Part shown: one piece after another, positions 59,349 to 64,000 of the stretch
Layout: every line of letters starts with the position of its first letter
How positions within the stretch are numbered: the first letter of the stretch is position 1
Assembly (NCBI GenBank): GCA_039589315.1
Contig: JBDHHQ010000013.1
Location: forward strand, 1 to 64,000
Direction of reading: 5' to 3'
Origin: Gemmatimonadota bacterium
GTDB taxonomy: Bacteria > Gemmatimonadota > Gemmatimonadetes > Longimicrobiales > Gaopeijiaceae
DNA: 64,000 bases
Made by a program: the position numbers and the translations under genes
Notes under the pieces: generated by a model
The model's database searches: none
What the model saw: the letters and a program-made list of their open reading frames with translations, nothing else
What the model was told of the DNA's origin: nothing

Positions 59349-61538
59349 TCAGCGGAGCGAAGCCTGGGCGTCGTGGGGTGAGCCCACCAGCCCGTTCACC
59401 GGAACAGGGGGCGCTCCCAGGCACGGCTCACCGGAGCCGCAACCGTAGAGGCTCGTGTAGATGAGGGCATTCTTCTGCACGACCTTCACGTACTCCCGCG
59501 TTTCCCGGAACGGAATCCGTTCCATGAAGAAGTCCCGATCGCTGTACTCGGGCATGTTGCGCCACCGACGGATCCGGGTGGGTCCGGCGTTGTAGGCGAC
59601 CAGGACATCCACCAGCTCACCGTCGTACCTCTGCAGCATGTTCTCCAGGAAGGTCATGCCCAGCCTCACGTTCACCTCGGCCTCGGTGAGCCGCCGCGCG
59701 CTGAACGGTGTGATGCCCAGCCGTGAGGCCAGCTCTCGGCCAGTGGCGGGCATCACCTGCATCATCCCGATCGCGCCGGCCCGGCTCTCGATGTCCTCGT
59801 CGAACATGGACTCCTGCCGGATCAGGCCCGCGGCGAGGAACGGATTCACTTCCAGCCGGGCCGCCTCTCGCACGATGAGCTCACGGTGGGGAAAGGGATA
59901 GACGATCCGCATCAGCCGGACGTCCCATCCTTGCTGGTCGCGCTGCAGCTCTCTGCCCAGGAGGATCCCCTGGATGGGAAGGCCACCGTCGATCAGGGCC
60001 TCGGCCAGGGCGTATCCGCCCCCCGCTCCATCTTTGAAGTACGCCGTCAGTCTGCCCAACTCGTAGGCGAAGGAGCCGGGCGTGGGCACCTTCATATGCA
60101 CCCGTAGGCGCGCCACGGCGTTCGCGAGCTCGGCGTCCAGGGCCCGCCCGTTCCCGATCGGACCGGCGGCGAGCTCCTCGGCGAGGAGGGGAGCGCCCAA
60201 CCGCCGTGCCGCCTCGCTGCCGTAGTAGGAAAGCGGATCGGCCTGGTAGACCTCCTCGAACCGGGCGCGGGCGCTGTCGGGCTCGTTCAACGCCTCGTAG
60301 ACGAGACCGCTCCAGTAGGCCGCCTGCTGTCTCGATCCGAGACGCCCTGCCTCCCGCCGGCGCCGATCGTAGATCTGGGCGGCCTCCGCGAGATGAGCAT
60401 CGGCGTAGGCCATGCCGCCAAGCCGCATTCCTGCCACATCCGCGGTGGTCGTGCGTGGAGCCACGTCCAGGATCCTTCGGTAGTAGGCCTGCGCGCTGGC
60501 GACACGGCCGGCGTCGTCATCCAGCTCCGCCAGGAGATACAAGGCGTCTCGGGCAGCCCTGGCGTCGGGAAAGCGGTCTGCCACGCTTTCGAGCGTCGCG
60601 CGGCCGGCTTCCCGTTGGCCCTGCCGGTAGCGGGCGCGGCCCTCGAAGTACAGCGCCCGGGCCTGGATGGGGGCGCCTGCCGTGCTGTCGCCCAGGAGCT
60701 CGACCGCGCCCCGTTCCGCGTCGCCGTAACGGCGCGTGGAGAAGTACGCTCGCACGAGGTCCAACCGGGCCTGGGCCCGCTCCTCGGGGTCCAAGGAGTC
60801 CAGTGTCACGCCGGCTTCCAGGCCGTCCACGGATCCACGCCACTCACCCTGGGTGACCTTGGTGCGGGCGATGGTGTATCTCGCCTTCGCGTCCAGATGG
60901 GGCAGTCGCGCCAAGACGTCCACGGCGTCAGTAGCCCAGCGGCCGCCGCGGTCCGAGGTGGCTGCCTCCGTCAGGGCCTCCCGGGCACGGCTGGAATCCC
61001 CCGCGGCCAACGCCAGCTCGCCCAGGCGGAGGAGCGCCAGGGAACGGGTCCGGTCGTCAGGGGCGGCAGCCACCGCGGCCTCCGCGATCGGCACCGCATC
61101 CCCCGGTGATTCCGCCACCTCCAGCGCCCGGGCGCGAGGGAGCCACGCCCACCGCTCGCGAGCGGCGGACCCGGCCGGCAGACGCTCCAGACGCTGCCGC
61201 ACCCCCATCGTGTCTCCCAGCTCTGCGAGCTCCTCCGCGACGAAGAGGGGGGTCCAGTCGGCCAGGGTCGGCAGGTAGTCGGAGAGCTGCCCCATGAGCT
61301 CGGCAGCCTCCCGGTGATCGCCGTCCCGGGAGTGAGCCACAGCCTCTTCCAGGGCCTGGAGGCCCGCCCGCAAATCCGCCGAGTCGGGTGCCGGAGCGGA
61401 GAGGTAGAGAGTCAGCGGATCCGGGGCCGGTGAGGGCCCCGTGGAGCCGGGAGGGCCCGGTGCCTGAGCCAGAACGGATCGGGAACCGCCAGCGGCGGTC
61501 CCGAGAACCATGAGTACGGAGACCAGACGAGAGAGCAT
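59349..61538 (-). CDS. Soluble lytic murein transglycosylase (Slt-like) with TPR repeats
   Basis: Signal peptide; TPRs; SYY; IRQES; GAIGMMQVMP; AYNAG; IPFRETREYV. Confidence 0.92.
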   Translation of the reverse strand: MLSRLVSVLMVLGTAAGGSRSVLAQAPGPPGSTGPSPAPDPLTLYLSAPAPDSADLRAGLQALEEAVAHSRDGDHREAAELMGQLSDYLPTLADWTPLFVAEELAELGDTMGVRQRLERLPAGSAARERWAWLPRARALEVAESPGDAVPIAEAAVAAAPDDRTRSLALLRLGELALAAGDSSRAREALTEAATSDRGGRWATDAVDVLARLPHLDAKARYTIARTKVTQGEWRGSVDGLEAGVTLDSLDPEERAQARLDLVRAYFSTRRYGDAERGAVELLGDSTAGAPIQARALYFEGRARYRQGQREAGRATLESVADRFPDARAARDALYLLAELDDDAGRVASAQAYYRRILDVAPRTTTADVAGMRLGGMAYADAHLAEAAQIYDRRRREAGRLGSRQQAAYWSGLVYEALNEPDSARARFEEVYQADPLSYYGSEAARRLGAPLLAEELAAGPIGNGRALDAELANAVARLRVHMKVPTPGSFAYELGRLTAYFKDGAGGGYALAEALIDGGLPIQGILLGRELQRDQQGWDVRLMRIVYPFPHRELIVREAARLEVNPFLAAGLIRQESMFDEDIESRAGAIGMMQVMPATGRELASRLGITPFSARRLTEAEVNVRLGMTFLENMLQRYDGELVDVLVAYNAGPTRIRRWRNMPEYSDRDFFMERIPFRETREYVKVVQKNALIYTSLYGCGSGEPCLGAPPVPVNGLVGSPHDAQASLR

Positions 61539-61705
61539 GGGCGCTTCGGACGAGAGGCCGCGTTCTTCTCCGTTCTACAACCCTCAGAAGCGGCCGACGG
61601 ATTCCGCTACCGACAGGGTAATAGCGGGCTACCGGGTCAAGCTACGTAGCGCGGTGGGCAGAAGCAAACAAATGTTTAAGAGGCAGCGCCGAGCCCGGCC
61701 CTCCC

Positions 61706-64000
61706 TCAGTTGTCGACCCCTGGCCCCCGCAGCGTCGAGTGTGCGCCCCGGTCCTCCTTCTCGGATCTGACGTCCCGGAGCAGATCCTGGACCCTACTCG
61801 AGAGAACCTCGGCCGGAAACGGCTTGTCGAGTATGGGATCCCGCTCGTGTGGAGCACCGGAGCCGGACCCCGTTTCGCCTGAATCGCCCGTGTAACCCGA
61901 CACGAAGAGTACCGGCAGGTCTGGCCGGGTCGCCCGGAGCCGGTCCACGAGAGCACGCCCACTCATCCAGGGCATGACGACGTCGGTCACGACGAGGTCC
62001 ACCTCCTCATGTCGTTGGTCCCACAGCCGCAGCGCCTCGATGCCGTTTTCGGCCACGAGCACTTCGTACCCGTCGGCCGTCAGGACACGCCGAGCGAAGT
62101 CCCGGATCGCACCATCGTCTTCGACGATGAGGACGGTGCTCGAGGGCCTCCGGGTGTCCTCGGTCGCGGAGCCGTCGCTCGCGCCCTGCTCCGGGCTCGT
62201 CAACGGAAGGAGGACGCGGACCGTCGTTCCCTCCCCGGGAGCCGACGAGAGCCACACGTACCCACCGCTCTGTTTCACGACACCATACACCGTGGAGAGT
62301 CCCAACCCTGAGGCGGGACGGTCCTCCTTGGTCGTGAAGAAGGGCTCGAAGGCATGCTCTCGAGTTGCCGGATCCATGCCGACTCCGTCGTCCGTCACCA
62401 CCAGAGAGACGTAGGGCCCCACCTCCACCGGATACCTGAATTCCCGCGCCTCCGCCTCCGTCATTTCAACGGTGTCGGTGCGGATCGAGATGTGACCCTC
62501 GGGAAACACGGCCTCCTGCGCGTTCCTCACGAGTTGAACCAACGCTTGCTCAATCTGCGCGGGGTCGACGCTGATCAGGTCCGGGGCCGCGTTCAGCTCG
62601 AGGCTCAGCTCCGGCCCTTCGCCCATCGTCGAGCGGAGCGTGGGCTCCATGGCCCAGATGATCTCGTTGAGCCCGGTCACTCGCGGACGGAGCACCTGGC
62701 GTCGCGTGTAGGCGAGGAGCTGCTGGACCAGCTTCGCCGCTCGGTCGGCGGCCTCCTCGATGGCGGTAAGGTCCTCGGCAAGAGGATCGTCACCCTCCAA
62801 CTCCCGTCGCATCAGCTCCGTGTAGCCGGAAATCGTGGTCAGGCAGTTGTTGAACTCGTGGGCGACGCCGCCCGCCACGCGACCGACGGCCTGGGCGCGC
62901 TCGGCCTGGAGCGTTCGCTCCCCCGACTGCCGGGGACCCCCGAGCTTCGTGGAGATGCTCACGATTCCGGTCGGCTCGCCATCCGCGTCGAAGAGGGGGG
63001 CTCCCGACAGAGACACCGGCACGGTGGTGCCGTCTCTCCTGCGGACGCGGATCTCCCCCGACCAGCCGTCGCCGGACATCATACGCTGCATGGCTTCGGT
63101 CGCCTGCTCCGGGGACGTCACGGCGTGCGCCGTCTCGGCCAGGTCCCGGCCCAGGGCCTCCTCCCTCGACCATCCATACAGCCGTTCGGCGGCTCGATTC
63201 CAATAGACGATCGTCCCATCCAGGTCCACCGCGACCACCGCCTCGCCCACCGCGTCCAGGAGCCGGGCCTCCAGGCCCTGCTGGCCCGCGATGCGCGCCC
63301 GGTCCAGTGCCTCGCTCAGGGCTGTCTCGGCCGCGGTCCTGGCCGCTTCGGCCTCGACGACCGCGCTGATGGCCCGCTCCTGCGCCTCGTCGCTCGCGAC
63401 CCGCCTTCGTCGCGCCTGGTCGAGCGCCTGCCTCAAGGAATCGACCTCGTCTTCCAGGCTCTGACGGACCGTCGTCAACTCCTCCTCGAGGGATCCACGC
63501 GCCGCTGCGACCTCGGCCGCCAGCGCTTCCCGCATGGTTTCCAGCTCAGCTTCATGCCCCTCCTGGACCGCTGCGACCTCGGCCTCCAGGGCCTCGCGAA
63601 CGACTGCGATCTCGGCCTCCAGGGCCTGAGCCCGCGCGCGCTCCTGGGCCCGGAGGGACTCCCCGGCGAGGAGCAGGCCCAGCTCTCCCGCCACCGCCTC
63701 TCCGAAGGGTACGTCTCGGGCATCGTAGGGCCTCTCGGTCTCGAAGCGCGCCAGAGTCAGCACGCCCAGTAAGGTGCCCTCGTGTCCCACGGGCAACGCC
63801 AGATAGCTGCGTGGCCCCAGGAGCGCGGCCGGAAGTCGGCCGCCCCCGGCACCGTGGGCCCCCGGGGCCGGCCCCACCTCCGAGACGATGGGCACACCGC
63901 CCTCGAAAGCCCTGGCGATCACGCTCCCCGGGGCTGTCATCCGCTCCCGGCCGTCGCTGAGAAACCGCTCGAGAACCGACTCCAAGCCCTCGTCCTGGTG
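61706..64000 (-). CDS. Hybrid histidine kinase (GAF-coiled coil-PAS-HisKA-HATPase-REC), 5'-truncated by the window
   Basis: Frame open to 64000; GAF LALPV....LLGVL; PAS YWNRAAERLYGW; GGVAHEFNN; D.GVGM; FEPFFTTK; GLGLS; REC TDVVMP. Confidence 0.92.
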   Translation of the reverse strand, partial: HQDEGLESVLERFLSDGRERMTAPGSVIARAFEGGVPIVSEVGPAPGAHGAGGGRLPAALLGPRSYLALPVGHEGTLLGVLTLARFETERPYDARDVPFGEAVAGELGLLLAGESLRAQERARAQALEAEIAVVREALEAEVAAVQEGHEAELETMREALAAEVAAARGSLEEELTTVRQSLEDEVDSLRQALDQARRRRVASDEAQERAISAVVEAEAARTAAETALSEALDRARIAGQQGLEARLLDAVGEAVVAVDLDGTIVYWNRAAERLYGWSREEALGRDLAETAHAVTSPEQATEAMQRMMSGDGWSGEIRVRRRDGTTVPVSLSGAPLFDADGEPTGIVSISTKLGGPRQSGERTLQAERAQAVGRVAGGVAHEFNNCLTTISGYTELMRRELEGDDPLAEDLTAIEEAADRAAKLVQQLLAYTRRQVLRPRVTGLNEIIWAMEPTLRSTMGEGPELSLELNAAPDLISVDPAQIEQALVQLVRNAQEAVFPEGHISIRTDTVEMTEAEAREFRYPVEVGPYVSLVVTDDGVGMDPATREHAFEPFFTTKEDRPASGLGLSTVYGVVKQSGGYVWLSSAPGEGTTVRVLLPLTSPEQGASDGSATEDTRRPSSTVLIVEDDGAIRDFARRVLTADGYEVLVAENGIEALRLWDQRHEEVDLVVTDVVMPWMSGRALVDRLRATRPDLPVLFVSGYTGDSGETGSGSGAPHERDPILDKPFPAEVLSSRVQDLLRDVRSEKEDRGAHSTLRGPGVDN
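63418..63630 (-). repeat. 33-nt (11-aa) degenerate tandem repeats in the kinase linker
   Basis: CTGCGA(C/T)CTCGGCC...-type units at 63505, 63571 and 63604; protein units such as REALEAEVAAV and REALAAEVAAA. Confidence 0.8.

Overview
High-GC chromosomal window from a diderm bacterium. The gene content (PadR plus ADOP permeases, TolB-like/TPR protein, VPS10/BNR hydrolase, stand-alone plug-like lipoprotein, BlaI/M56, CBM9-DUF5916) resembles Gemmatimonadota; this is an inference. It holds about 50 genes. Housekeeping: recF-dciA-gyrB, ssb, enoyl-CoA hydratase, Slt transglycosylase, lutABC. Also present: envelope, transport and hydrolase genes, a two-component/adenylate cyclase cluster, a HerA-like ATPase, a CBS-like/HEPN protein, a long DivIVA coiled-coil protein and a glutamate dehydrogenase broken at two junctions. 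I saw no rRNA, tRNA, CRISPR array, transposase or integrase. The most interesting signals are: (1) a leader with a promoter, a terminator and a mutually exclusive antiterminator upstream of a Gld-like ABC operon; (2) tandem GAAC-N4-GTTC-like boxes before a small membrane protein, with the same 11-mer recurring upstream of Slt; (3) a CBS-HEPN gene followed by two small membrane peptides missed by the ORF track; (4) a cyclase with two tandem kinase-like DHp domains and no ATPase domain. All family assignments come from motif recognition by eye; no searches were run.
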